Shown one piece after another: positions 25,722-35,165 of a stretch of 64,000 nucleotides of DNA. The stretch comes from Desulfarculaceae bacterium (GTDB lineage: Bacteria; Desulfobacterota; Desulfocorpusculales; Desulfocorpusculum). Under the pieces are notes generated by a model. It ran no database searches. It saw only the letters and a list, made by a program, of their open reading frames with translations, and was not told where the DNA came from. The first letter of the stretch is position 1. Each line of letters opens with the position of its first letter. The position numbers were made by a program, and so were the translations under genes. Location of the stretch: the NCBI GenBank assembly GCA_037443445.1, contig JBBIOJ010000008.1:4122-68121 (forward strand). The letters are read 5' to 3'.

Positions 25722-28610
25722 ATGGGGAGGCTTTTGGTTGCTCTTTGGCTTGCGACTTTGGCTTTGGTGGGGCTGGCCCAGGCTCAGGAACCGGTTCTCA
25801 TCGGAAGGGTGGCACACATAGAAGGAGGGGTGCTTCGGTACGTGACCGTGGAGGACGACTGGGTGGCAACCGTGGCCGACTCTCCCCTTAGGGCAGATGA
25901 CATCATATACACCGAGCCTGCGGGGAGGGCTGAGTTCATATTCCCCAACAACACCTGGGTTCGGGTGGATGGAAACACGGGTGTGGATGTGGTTGCCCTG
26001 AGAAGGGATCTCACTGGCATTTACGTGGATGGGGGAGTGCTGCGGGTTTACAACAGGAGCCAGGAGGCTCTGGTGAGGGTGGAGACCCGCCTGGGTTACC
26101 TGGCTGCTGAGCCAGGGGACGTGGTGGATCTCTACGTGGGGGACGAGGATATCCAGGTCATAGCCCTGGAGGGCTCTCCCAACTTCTTTTACATAGGCAG
26201 GGGCAGAGAGGAGATCCGCTACGAGGTCCTGGCAGACGGCCCGGCCATTTTCGTTGACGAGATGAGTGTGGAGGCGGCCGAGCCCCTGGTGGACAGGGAC
26301 TGGGAAAGCTGGAACTACAAGAGGGATCAGCTCCTGGCCGAGCGCAGGCGGGTTCGCTCAGCCCATCTCCCCGAGGCTTTTCAGTACGATGCACAGGTGT
26401 TCGAGACCCAGGGCAGATGGGAGAGGGTCTATTACAGGGAGAAATACGTCTGGTGCTGGACACCCATCCATGTGGACGTTAGCTGGAGGCCCTTCACGGT
26501 GGGGCGCTGGACCACATACTACGAGGAGAACGTGTGGGTTCCTTATGAGCCCTGGGGTTGGGTGACACATCACCACGGGCACTGGATACAAGTGGAAAAC
26601 AGGTGGTGGTGGACGCCATACGTCTCTGTGAACGTGGTGACTCCAGGGGTGGATGTGAGGGTGGATGTGGGAGTCCCCCCTCCGCCGGACTACTACTGGT
26701 ACTGGCATCCGGGACGTGTGGCATGGATCCACAGCGAGGTGCACGTGGGATGGTTCCCCCTTGCCCCATGGGAGCCGTACTATGGCTGGTATCCATGGTA
26801 CGGGAACACGGTGGTAGTGAACAACACCAACATAACGAATATCAACATCAACATCTCCAATTACAATTATTTCAGTAACGCGGTGGTAGTTAATTACAAC
26901 AACTTCTACAATGTGCCATACGGTAACAACTATATTCAGAATAATGTCATAAACGTGACCAACGTCAACAATACAACTATAATAAACAATTACCATGCGG
27001 CTCCTGTTATCCACAAGACGGTGATAAAAAATCAAAATTTTTTCAAGAATCAATATAATTTTTCCGACCGGCAAATTGTTTACAAGCCGCATCACTCGGT
27101 CGTGGAGAAGGCCTCCTTTGCCAAGAGCAGTTTTCAGAAACACGGGTTCACCAGTGCTGCCGATTATCACGGCAAGCGGGACAGGGTTCTCAAAGCAGAT
27201 CCCCCCCTGGGGGATGCGCACAAAAGAGCGCGGGGGCTGGCGGCAGCCAACAAGCTCGTAAAGCCGGAGGAGGTGAAAAAGCCGGCGGGTCAGATGAAGT
27301 TCGGCTCCAAGGAGCCCAAGCTTCAGGCAGAGAGGCCCAAGCTGCACGAAGCCGAAAAGCAAAGCTCAAGGCAGATAAAACAGGCAGCCTCCCAAGGGGG
27401 ACTCGGCCGGGAAGGTCGCACCGGAAGACCGGGGAAAGGGGGCCTCCAGGAGGCCACCGGGAAGGCAAGGGATGAGAAGCCGGGGGTTTCCGGGGGAAGA
27501 AGGGGCAAGGAGGATTCCCTGAGGCCCACCGGTCAGGAAACAAGACAGGACAGGCCCCCGAGGGACAGAGATGTGAAGCTGCAAGGGGAAGGCAGAAAGG
27601 GAGTGGTGGAGGACTCTGGAGGCCGGGCAGGCAGACGCCTCAGGCCAGAGCAGGAAGTGAAGCGTGGTGAGCTCAAGAGCGGAGCCGGGTCAGGTGAACC
27701 GGAGAAAACAAGCCAGGGAGGTCAAAAGCGGGTAGAGGGCAGGCGCACAGGCCGGCCGGGGCCTGCCGGAGCTGAGACAGGGCTAAAGGGCATGGAAAAA
27801 CAAGGCGGCGCGGCCCAGTTGGAAGACCGGCCCGGCCATGGCAGGAGGGACACAGAGAAAGCCACCAGGTCAAAGGGGCTGGACAGGCCAGAGGAGGCCA
27901 AGGGACATGGCCAGCCTTCCATGGAAAAGCCCAAACAGAGGGGTCTCCAGGAAGGCTCCTCCAGGGGGGAGCCCCAAAGCAGCACAGGCGGCCCCCAGAA
28001 GCCTCAGGACAGACTCAAGGCCTCAGGGCAGGAGCAAAAACCGGACAAACAGAAATCTTCCCAGGGCCCTGGACAGGCAAGACAGGAGCTGAGACCCGGA
28101 CAGGAAAGAAAACAGCTCCAAGAACAGGGACCCTCGCACCAAGGCTCCCACCAAAGGCAGCAGCAACCAACACAGGAGCAGGGTAGACAAAAACCCAAGC
28201 AGCAGCTCCCAGAGCAGCAAAAGCCCAAACAGCAAGGGCAGGTTCACCAGGGACAACCCCAAATGCAGCAGCAGCACCAGGGCCAGCAAAGACAGTTGCA
28301 GCAACAGCAGCAGCAACACAAACAGATGCAGCACCAGCAACAACAGCCAAGACAGGAGCTAGGAGGCCAGAAACCCAAGCAGCAGCTCCCAGAGCAGCAA
28401 AAGCCCAAACAGCAAGGGCAGGTTCACCAGGGACAACCCCAAATGCAGCAGCAGCACCAGGGCCAGCAAAGACAGTTGCAGCAACAGCAGCAGCAACACA
28501 AACAGATGCAGCAGCCAGGCCCTCAGGGCCAGCGCGTCCAGCAGCCGCAGCACGAGGACCCACAAAAGAGGAAAAAGAAGCCTCAGCATGGAGAGCAGCC
28601 CCAGCAGTAA
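25722..28610 (+). CDS. Secreted FecR-like + DUF6600-like protein with an Asn-rich segment and a long disordered Gln-rich tail
   Basis: GGAGG RBS and signal peptide. WRPF..GRW...WVPYEPWGWVTHHHGHW...VGWFPLAP.E. Low-complexity C-terminal half. Confidence 0.85.
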   Translation: MGRLLVALWLATLALVGLAQAQEPVLIGRVAHIEGGVLRYVTVEDDWVATVADSPLRADDIIYTEPAGRAEFIFPNNTWVRVDGNTGVDVVALRRDLTGIYVDGGVLRVYNRSQEALVRVETRLGYLAAEPGDVVDLYVGDEDIQVIALEGSPNFFYIGRGREEIRYEVLADGPAIFVDEMSVEAAEPLVDRDWESWNYKRDQLLAERRRVRSAHLPEAFQYDAQVFETQGRWERVYYREKYVWCWTPIHVDVSWRPFTVGRWTTYYEENVWVPYEPWGWVTHHHGHWIQVENRWWWTPYVSVNVVTPGVDVRVDVGVPPPPDYYWYWHPGRVAWIHSEVHVGWFPLAPWEPYYGWYPWYGNTVVVNNTNITNININISNYNYFSNAVVVNYNNFYNVPYGNNYIQNNVINVTNVNNTTIINNYHAAPVIHKTVIKNQNFFKNQYNFSDRQIVYKPHHSVVEKASFAKSSFQKHGFTSAADYHGKRDRVLKADPPLGDAHKRARGLAAANKLVKPEEVKKPAGQMKFGSKEPKLQAERPKLHEAEKQSSRQIKQAASQGGLGREGRTGRPGKGGLQEATGKARDEKPGVSGGRRGKEDSLRPTGQETRQDRPPRDRDVKLQGEGRKGVVEDSGGRAGRRLRPEQEVKRGELKSGAGSGEPEKTSQGGQKRVEGRRTGRPGPAGAETGLKGMEKQGGAAQLEDRPGHGRRDTEKATRSKGLDRPEEAKGHGQPSMEKPKQRGLQEGSSRGEPQSSTGGPQKPQDRLKASGQEQKPDKQKSSQGPGQARQELRPGQERKQLQEQGPSHQGSHQRQQQPTQEQGRQKPKQQLPEQQKPKQQGQVHQGQPQMQQQHQGQQRQLQQQQQQHKQMQHQQQQPRQELGGQKPKQQLPEQQKPKQQGQVHQGQPQMQQQHQGQQRQLQQQQQQHKQMQQPGPQGQRVQQPQHEDPQKRKKKPQHGEQPQQ
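28191..28513 (+). repeat. Exact 143-nt intragenic duplication, offset 180 nt
   Basis: 28191-28333 is identical to 28371-28513. Confidence 0.9.
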
Positions 28611-28619
28611 GACTGGCCA

Positions 28620-28652
28620 GGGGGGTCATCCACCCGGTGTGGATGACCCCCC
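28620..28652. terminator. Strong hairpin between convergent genes
   Basis: GGGGGGTCATCCAC-CCGGT-GTGGATGACCCCCC, 14-bp perfect stem, no long U tract. Confidence 0.6.
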
Positions 28653-28774
28653 TTGGCTGAATTCCTCACCCCGTAGGACAGGCCAGGGCCGCGATGGCCA
28701 AAGGCCTTCTGTTTCTGGAGCAACAAACATGTTAGAGGCCCAGGGCTCCAAAGCATGCCCGTGTGGAAGATTCC

Positions 28775-29701
28775 CTAATCATGGGCTTTGGCGGGCTGGA
28801 CCTTGCCGCCTTTCCCCTCCTTGAGGAGATTTCGTTCGTAAGCCAGGCGTTCTTCCAGGGCCAACCTTTCGTGTATCTGGCTGAGGGCTAGGTGGCAGGC
28901 CCTTGGGTCCATGCCCAGATGCAAGGCCCTCTCATAAGCCTCCTGCGCTTCCCTCCAGCGGCTCAGCTGGTAAAGGAGCTTTCCCAGGCCAAGGAAGATC
29001 TCCCCTCTGGAAGGTGCGATCCTGGAGGCTTGCCGCAGGTGGCTCAGAGCCTCCTCCAGCGAGCCTGTCTCGGCTAGGATACCAGAAGCTTTGAGATGTG
29101 CTTCCAGGTCCATGGGGTTTCCCTTGGCAGCCTCCTTAAACAAGGATAAGGCCCTTTGCTTCTCGCCTCTTGCTTCGGCTGCCAGGCCCAACCCAAAATG
29201 GGCATTGGCCCAGGCCGGATCCCTCTTCAGAGCCAGTGAAAAAGCTTTCTCAGCATCCTGGATGCGGCCTTGCCTCAAATAGAAAAAGCCCAGGTGGGAA
29301 GGGGCTAAAGGTGAGTCCTTGTCTGATTCCATGGCCTTGCCAAGTGATTTTTCCGCCTCTGGGAGCTCTCCCTGGGTCTCCTGTATGGAAGACAGGTTGA
29401 CCCAGGCTGCTGTGTACCCAGGATGGGTGGCCAGGATGGCCAGGTACTGCTCTCGGGCCAGATCCAGGCTGCCTTGATCCTGGTAAAGCACGCCCAAGTT
29501 GAACCTGGGGGCCGGGTCCCTTGGATTTAGTTCTATGGCCCTTCGGTATTCCTGGGCCGCCTTCAGGAGCTCACCCCTGTCCTGGAAATTCACCCCCCGG
29601 TTGTAATGGTTCACCGGGGAAGTGGCGCAGCCAGCCAGAAATCCGGCCAGAACGGCCCAGAAAACAAAGGGTCTTACAGGCTCACTCTTATTCCTTGCCA
29701 T
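28775..29701 (-). CDS. TPR-repeat lipoprotein
   Basis: Lipobox FLAGC followed by multiple TPRs. Overlaps the mlaD stop. Confidence 0.88.
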   Translation of the reverse strand: MARNKSEPVRPFVFWAVLAGFLAGCATSPVNHYNRGVNFQDRGELLKAAQEYRRAIELNPRDPAPRFNLGVLYQDQGSLDLAREQYLAILATHPGYTAAWVNLSSIQETQGELPEAEKSLGKAMESDKDSPLAPSHLGFFYLRQGRIQDAEKAFSLALKRDPAWANAHFGLGLAAEARGEKQRALSLFKEAAKGNPMDLEAHLKASGILAETGSLEEALSHLRQASRIAPSRGEIFLGLGKLLYQLSRWREAQEAYERALHLGMDPRACHLALSQIHERLALEERLAYERNLLKEGKGGKVQPAKAHD

Positions 29702-30746
29702 GGCGTCCTATCCTTCCGCGCGCACGCCACTCCTCCGGGCCCTTGGGGGGGCCTCCCAGGCTCGGGTCCCCGTCCTGTTTCCAGACTATTTTCCAGGGGT
29801 GGGCTCTGAGGTCCTCGCTCAGGGCCTGGAGATGCCTGGATGTCTCCTCCAGTTGCAGCAAGAGCAGGTAGATGTTCTGATCGTTCACATCCAGGACATG
29901 GCGGGCATCCTTCACAAGTCCCTTGGTCTCCACCAGTCCCTCCTGCGCCTGGCCCAGCACGGGCAGCAGGTGGGCCTCGAGTCTGGCCATGCGCTCTTGG
30001 AGGGAGCGGTTTGTCTCCCTCAGCTCCTGGAGCAAGCCCACCAGCTCCTGCCCTCCTCTTCCCAAGGTGTTGTTCAGTTGCCGGGCAACCCCTTCCACCG
30101 AACCGGAAAGCTTTTTCATGGAGCCCTGGGAGGTGCCCAAGAGCTCGTCCACCTTTCTGAATATGCCCTCCAGATCCCGGTTCCTTTGCCTTAGCTCCTC
30201 CAGGAAAGCCGCAGCGTTTTGCACTGCCTGGGGAATGGTGCCCCCTGCCCTGATTTCCTTGATCATGCCCTGGATCTCACCCAGGGTTTGCTCCAGCCCG
30301 CTGGCTATGCGCTGTCCTGTCTCCAGGATCTCGGACATGGAAACCGGAGTCTCCCCATCCAAACTCTCCCCAGGCCCGAGTTCCGGGGCTTCGGGGGAGC
30401 CGGGGGAGATCTCCACATACTTGGCCCCCATCATTCCCAGGCTTCTTATGTAGGCTCTAGAGTCCTTTCTCACACGGATCTGTGGATCCAGCCGGAGGCT
30501 CAGGGCAATGCGATCCTCCCTCCCCGGCGCCATGGCCACCTTGCTGACCTCCCCCACCTCCATACCAGCGTACCAGACCGGGGAGCCCTTGGAGATCCCA
30601 TCTGCGTACCTGAACAGCACCACCACCTCGCGCTTGTCCTCCCAGAGGCTGCCCATGTCGCTGATCAAGAAGATCCCCACCACCAGGATGACAGCCGAGA
30701 CAAGGATCAGGACGCCCGAGCGGATTTCTGAACGGAATACTTCCAT
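29688..30746 (-). CDS. mlaD: MlaD/MCE-domain protein with long helical extension
   Basis: N-terminal TM, GISKGSPVWYAGMEVGEV, GMMGAKYVEISPG, HPWKIV. Confidence 0.9.
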   Translation of the reverse strand: MEVFRSEIRSGVLILVSAVILVVGIFLISDMGSLWEDKREVVVLFRYADGISKGSPVWYAGMEVGEVSKVAMAPGREDRIALSLRLDPQIRVRKDSRAYIRSLGMMGAKYVEISPGSPEAPELGPGESLDGETPVSMSEILETGQRIASGLEQTLGEIQGMIKEIRAGGTIPQAVQNAAAFLEELRQRNRDLEGIFRKVDELLGTSQGSMKKLSGSVEGVARQLNNTLGRGGQELVGLLQELRETNRSLQERMARLEAHLLPVLGQAQEGLVETKGLVKDARHVLDVNDQNIYLLLLQLEETSRHLQALSEDLRAHPWKIVWKQDGDPSLGGPPKGPEEWRARGRIGRHGKE

Positions 30747-30840
30747 GCCTCTGACCTCTCCTTATGCTTTGGCTGCTTCAATGAATCTTTGTTGTCCACT
30801 GCCCCCGAATAATGCTGACTCAGAGCCGGGTCGCACTGTC

Positions 30841-31665
30841 TCATTCCATGTCCAAGAGATCCTCCAGGTAGTCCCGGCTGGACTGCCTGAGGGGTATGGG
30901 TCCATCCGGGCTGCCGGCCAGGAACTGTTGTACCAGGGGATCTTCAGAGCACCTTATCTCCTCCGGGCTTCCCTGGGCCACCACCTTGCCCTTGAAAAGT
31001 ACCACAATCTTGTGGGCGATGCGGAAAGCACTTCTTGTGTCGTGGGTTACCACCACAGAGGTGATCCCAAGCCTCCGGCTCAGGTCCCCTATGAGTTGAT
31101 CTATGACTCCGCTTACCACAGGGTCCAACCCTGAGGTGGGTTCGTCGTAGAAGACTATCTCGGGGTCCAGAGCCAGGGCCCTGGCCAGAGCAACCCGCTT
31201 CTGCATCCCCCCGCTTAGCTGGGCAGGCTTCAGGTGCTCGAAGTCCCTAAGGCCCACCAGCTCCAGCTTCATTTTCACTATCATGCCTATGATCTTCTCT
31301 TCCAGGCGAGTGTGCTCCCTAAGGGGCAGGGCGATGTTGTCCTTGACTGTGAGGGAGTTGAGCAGGGCACCACCCTGGAAGAGCATGCCGAAGCGCTTCC
31401 TGTAGGTCTCCATCTCCTCCTCTGTGAAACGGGTCATGTCCCTGCCTCTTACCCAGATGTGCCCGGAGTCGGGCCTTAGAACACCTATGAGATGCCTGAG
31501 AAGGGTGCTCTTGCCGCAGCCACTGCCTCCCATTATGGCTGTGACCTGTCCCTGGTGAATGTCCAGGTTTATCCCATCCAGCACGACCCTACCCCCGAAG
31601 GTCTTGACCAGATCTTCAACCCTGATGATTACATCTTGCGCCTGGCGGGTCTCAACTCCGTTCAA
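30841..31665 (-). CDS. mlaF: MlaF/Mkl-type ABC ATPase
   Basis: GGSGCGKS, LFQGGALL, LSGGMQKRVALARA, DEPTSGLDP. Confidence 0.93.
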   Translation of the reverse strand: MNGVETRQAQDVIIRVEDLVKTFGGRVVLDGINLDIHQGQVTAIMGGSGCGKSTLLRHLIGVLRPDSGHIWVRGRDMTRFTEEEMETYRKRFGMLFQGGALLNSLTVKDNIALPLREHTRLEEKIIGMIVKMKLELVGLRDFEHLKPAQLSGGMQKRVALARALALDPEIVFYDEPTSGLDPVVSGVIDQLIGDLSRRLGITSVVVTHDTRSAFRIAHKIVVLFKGKVVAQGSPEEIRCSEDPLVQQFLAGSPDGPIPLRQSSRDYLEDLLDME

Positions 31666-31677
31666 GGCCGTTCTACC

Positions 31678-32469
31678 TCACAGAAACAAGTAAAAGAGGG
31701 TGGTGAAGAAACAGTCGGCCAGGATTATGAGGATCAGGGAGGTGACCACAGAGACCATGGTGGAGCGACCCACCCCCTCTGCCCCTCCCTTGACCACAAA
31801 GGCCATGTAGCAACCCACCATTGCTATTATGAGGGCGAACACAACGCTCTTGACCAAACCCGTCAGAACGTCCTTAAGGAGCATTGCCTCCAAGGCTGTC
31901 TCTATGTAAAGGCTGGAGCGGATCCCCACAGCTGTGGTACCCACCACGTACCCACCCACCATGCCCACCAAGTCTGCCACGATGGTCAGGCAAGGGAGCA
32001 TCACCACCATTGCCAAGAGGCGGGGCACAACCAGGTACGCGATGGGATGTATGGCCATCACCTCCAGGGCCAGGATCTCCTCCGTGACCATCATGGTGCC
32101 CAGCTCTGCAGTGAAGGCTGCGCTTACCCTGCCGGCCACCACTATGGCGGTCAGAAGAGGGCCCAGCTCTCTGGTCAAGGCCACACTGGAGAGGCTTGCC
32201 GCATAGTTCACTGCCCCGAATTTCTCCAGCTGGTACGCGGTCTGGAGCACCAGGATGATACCTATGAAAAAGGAAACCAGGCACACAATGGGAAGGGACT
32301 TGACACCCACCTCGTCCATCTGGAGGAAAACAGAGTGAACCCTCAAGGGTTTCCCCTGCAGGGGCTTCAGAATGGTCCAGCGAAGCGTCTCCAGGAAAAG
32401 GTAATAGATGCTGCTCAGGTGCTTGAGGAAGATCAGGACGGGAGTCTCTCCCCGTTCTGGCTGGCTCAT
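31678..32469 (-). CDS. mlaE: MlaE-family permease
   Basis: RELGPLLTAIVVAGR, AELGTM...E.I.ALE.M, GGAEGVG. Confidence 0.93.
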   Translation of the reverse strand: MSQPERGETPVLIFLKHLSSIYYLFLETLRWTILKPLQGKPLRVHSVFLQMDEVGVKSLPIVCLVSFFIGIILVLQTAYQLEKFGAVNYAASLSSVALTRELGPLLTAIVVAGRVSAAFTAELGTMMVTEEILALEVMAIHPIAYLVVPRLLAMVVMLPCLTIVADLVGMVGGYVVGTTAVGIRSSLYIETALEAMLLKDVLTGLVKSVVFALIIAMVGCYMAFVVKGGAEGVGRSTMVSVVTSLILIILADCFFTTLFYLFL

Positions 32470-32810
32470 CTCCGAAGCACCTCCTCAAAGGCCTCCTCCA
32501 CTTGGGGGACCACCCGGAAAACCTCCATCAAGTGGGCCACCTCGAAGGCTGCACTCACAGAGGCGCTGAGACCCGCCAGTGCGAACTGTATGGACCTCCT
32601 TTGTGAGAGCTGAAGCCCCTCCACCAACGTGGCGATGCCCGAGCTGTCCATGTAGGGAACCTCGGAAAGATCCACCAGGACTAATCTGGTGCCAGGGCAA
32701 AACAAAGGCACCAGGAGCTTTCTGAGCTCCGGGGACGTGCTCATGTCCACCTCTCCCTGGGGTCTTACCAGGTAGACCCCAGGGGCCCTTTCCTCCACCA
32801 GCACCTTCAT
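32466..32810 (-). CDS. STAS-domain anti-anti-sigma-factor-like protein
   Basis: GEVD, DLSEVPYMDSSGIATL with the phosphorylatable Ser motif. Confidence 0.92.
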   Translation of the reverse strand: MKVLVEERAPGVYLVRPQGEVDMSTSPELRKLLVPLFCPGTRLVLVDLSEVPYMDSSGIATLVEGLQLSQRRSIQFALAGLSASVSAAFEVAHLMEVFRVVPQVEEAFEEVLRR

Positions 32811-33250
32811 GGCGAACCTCCCTGCCTGTGTCTGAAAAGCACAAGCCTAAGAAGGCAACCCTTCTGCCCCGGTACCTCCTCGTAGTGCACCTCGTCCGCG
32901 CCTGCCCTTATCAGGTGAAGCCCGAGGCCCCCGGGCCTGAGTTCTCCCAGATCCCTTGGGATGAGCTTAGAGGGCTCGGGCGGCAGGGCAAAATCCCTTA
33001 CCTGCACCTCGAGGCGTTCCTGGCAGAAGCTGAACTTGAGGGAGATGCGCTCCTGGCTCCTTCCTCCGTACGCGTGTCTGATCACGTTGGAGCAGGCCTC
33101 GTCCACGGCCTGGGTGAGGCGAATGACCCTTTCCTCCGGGAAACCCAGGTGCCTGGTGAGTCTTTCCACGAGGCAACGCACCAGGAAAAGCGCCCTTGGG
33201 TCCCCCGGGATCTCCATGAGCACCGGTCCGCTCAGCTCTTGCTGGGGCAT
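32807..33250 (-). CDS. RsbW/SpoIIAB-like serine kinase (HATPase_c)
   Basis: AVDEACSNVIRHAY, VRDF, GGLGLHLI. Confidence 0.9.
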   Translation of the reverse strand: MPQQELSGPVLMEIPGDPRALFLVRCLVERLTRHLGFPEERVIRLTQAVDEACSNVIRHAYGGRSQERISLKFSFCQERLEVQVRDFALPPEPSKLIPRDLGELRPGGLGLHLIRAGADEVHYEEVPGQKGCLLRLVLFRHRQGGSP

Positions 33251-34551
33251 GGCTTGCCAACCCCCAAGGCAATCATGGTCACATCATCGGCCTGGGGGGC
33301 ATTTCCCTTGAATCTTTCCACGGCCTCCACGAGGCTCTCTATGACGCCTTGGGCCGAGGAAGAGCCCGAAGAAGCCAGGGCAGCTTCTATCCTTTCCCAG
33401 CCGAAGCTCTCCCCCCTTGGATTTCGGGCCTCCAGGAGCCCGTCCGTCAGCAGGAGCAGACAGTCCCCCTCTTCCATTCTGAAGCTGTAAGAACGGTAGC
33501 ACAGGCTTTCCAGGATTCCCAGAGGAGGCCCTCCCTTGCTCCAGAGCCTAGAGGGCCGCCTCGCTCCTGGTCTCCATAGAAGGGGTGGGAGATGCCCTGC
33601 ATTGACAAAACGCACCTTTCTGCTGGCAGGCTCCAAGACAAGATAAAGCAGGGTGACAAAGGCACCCCTTTGGCCATTGCGACAAAGCTCGGCGTTCATC
33701 TGGTTCAGCAGCCGGGAGGGGCTTCCCACCTGCAGAGCCCTTGTCCTGAAATCAGAGGTAAGTCTTGCCATGTAAAGGGCAGAGGCCACCCCCTTACCCG
33801 AGACGTCTCCGATGAGCAGACCCCAACGCCTTGCCTTCAAGGGGATAAAGTCGTAAAAATCTCCGCCCACCTCCAGGGCCGGACTGTAATGGGCTGAGAA
33901 GCTGTAATCCTCCACCCTGGGAAGCTCCCTGGGTAGAAAGCTGTGCTGCACAATGGAGGCCAGGGCCAAGTCCCTGTCCATTCTTTCCTTCAAGACAAGG
34001 GCCTCATGCATCCTGGCGTTCTCTATGGCTACGGCCGCATGCCTGCAAAGGTCTGTGAAAGTCTCCAAGTCCTCAGGGGTGAAGGGTCTGTTGTCCAACC
34101 TGTTTATCACCTGGGAGACCCCGATGATCCTGTCTTTCACCTTGAGGGGCACACAAAGCATGGAGCGGGTCCTGTAGCCTGTGCGCTCGTCGAACTCCCT
34201 GTGAAATCTGGGGTGCTTGTACGCGTCTTCCACCAGGAGGGGCTCCCCGCTTTCACACACAAACCCGGCTATGCCTTGCCCTTTGGGCAGCCTGAAACCT
34301 TCCTTGAGCCTTTCACCCACCTGGCCCTGGGCCACCTGGAAGACCAGCTCCCCGGATTTTTCGTCCAGGAGCAGGAGGCTGCTGGCATCTGCCTGCATGA
34401 TTTCCCTGGAGGTTCTCATTATGCGATCCAGGACTTCCCCCAGGTCCAGGGAGGAGCTGATAAGCCGAGAGACCTCCATGCACATGGAAAGCCTCTGAAT
34501 GCGCTCCTGGCAGCTTCGCAGCAGGGCCGCAAGATCCTCCCGAGTGTCCAT
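33232..34551 (-). CDS. GAF + PP2C (RsbU/SpoIIE-like) phosphatase
   Basis: GAF motifs GIAG and D.RTGY.TRS.LCVPL. PP2C motifs GGDFYD, GDVSGKG, NAGH, TDGL, DDVT. Confidence 0.93.
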   Translation of the reverse strand: MDTREDLAALLRSCQERIQRLSMCMEVSRLISSSLDLGEVLDRIMRTSREIMQADASSLLLLDEKSGELVFQVAQGQVGERLKEGFRLPKGQGIAGFVCESGEPLLVEDAYKHPRFHREFDERTGYRTRSMLCVPLKVKDRIIGVSQVINRLDNRPFTPEDLETFTDLCRHAAVAIENARMHEALVLKERMDRDLALASIVQHSFLPRELPRVEDYSFSAHYSPALEVGGDFYDFIPLKARRWGLLIGDVSGKGVASALYMARLTSDFRTRALQVGSPSRLLNQMNAELCRNGQRGAFVTLLYLVLEPASRKVRFVNAGHLPPLLWRPGARRPSRLWSKGGPPLGILESLCYRSYSFRMEEGDCLLLLTDGLLEARNPRGESFGWERIEAALASSGSSSAQGVIESLVEAVERFKGNAPQADDVTMIALGVGKPCPSKS

Positions 34552-34552
34552 C

Positions 34553-34939
34553 TCAGTCTCCCATGGGCTCCAGCTGGACCTGTTCCTGGAAACTCTCCAA
34601 CAGTCTGTTGCAAAGCTCGCGGAAGCTCTCAGGGCTCTCGGTTTCCACCACAAGGCCCCCGTCATCGAATACCTTGAGGCGGCAGTAAGGTTTGGCAATC
34701 TCCAGAAACAGCTTGGGATCCACGGTTATCCAGCCTTTCATCCTGCCAAGCAGCTCCTCCCCTGTGAATGGCCTCTCAAGGGTCAGATCCACCTTTCTGA
34801 ATCGGCCACGCCAGCCCACCCGGGCGGGGGCCACCAGCATGGGCTGCACCGGATCTCCCATGGCCGCGCACCTGAACCACAGTCTTGCCCTTACCATGGC
34901 CATCTCCCAAGGATCCTGCCTCAAAACGGCTTCAAGCAT
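34553..34939 (-). CDS. Hypothetical protein, first gene of the switch/Mla operon
   Basis: Stop abuts the phosphatase start. Typical codon usage. Start uncertain. Confidence 0.7.
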   Translation of the reverse strand: MLEAVLRQDPWEMAMVRARLWFRCAAMGDPVQPMLVAPARVGWRGRFRKVDLTLERPFTGEELLGRMKGWITVDPKLFLEIAKPYCRLKVFDDGGLVVETESPESFRELCNRLLESFQEQVQLEPMGD

Positions 34940-35165
34940 ACGGGAGCCTACCAAGTGGGTCAAGGGAGGGGAATATGTCCTGGGCAAAGGCCACGGATTT
35001 GCCTCTTTGAAACCAGCCTCTGCCCCAGGAAGCACAGGCCAGAGCCGGGCCTGTTGAAACCCCTGCCCGGATTCCCATTGACGCGGTGAAGATGTGTTTG
35101 TAGGTTGAAGCTCAGGTCCCAGCATTGGAGGAAAAGAAAACTTGAAGTTGCCCTAGGAGGCAGTC

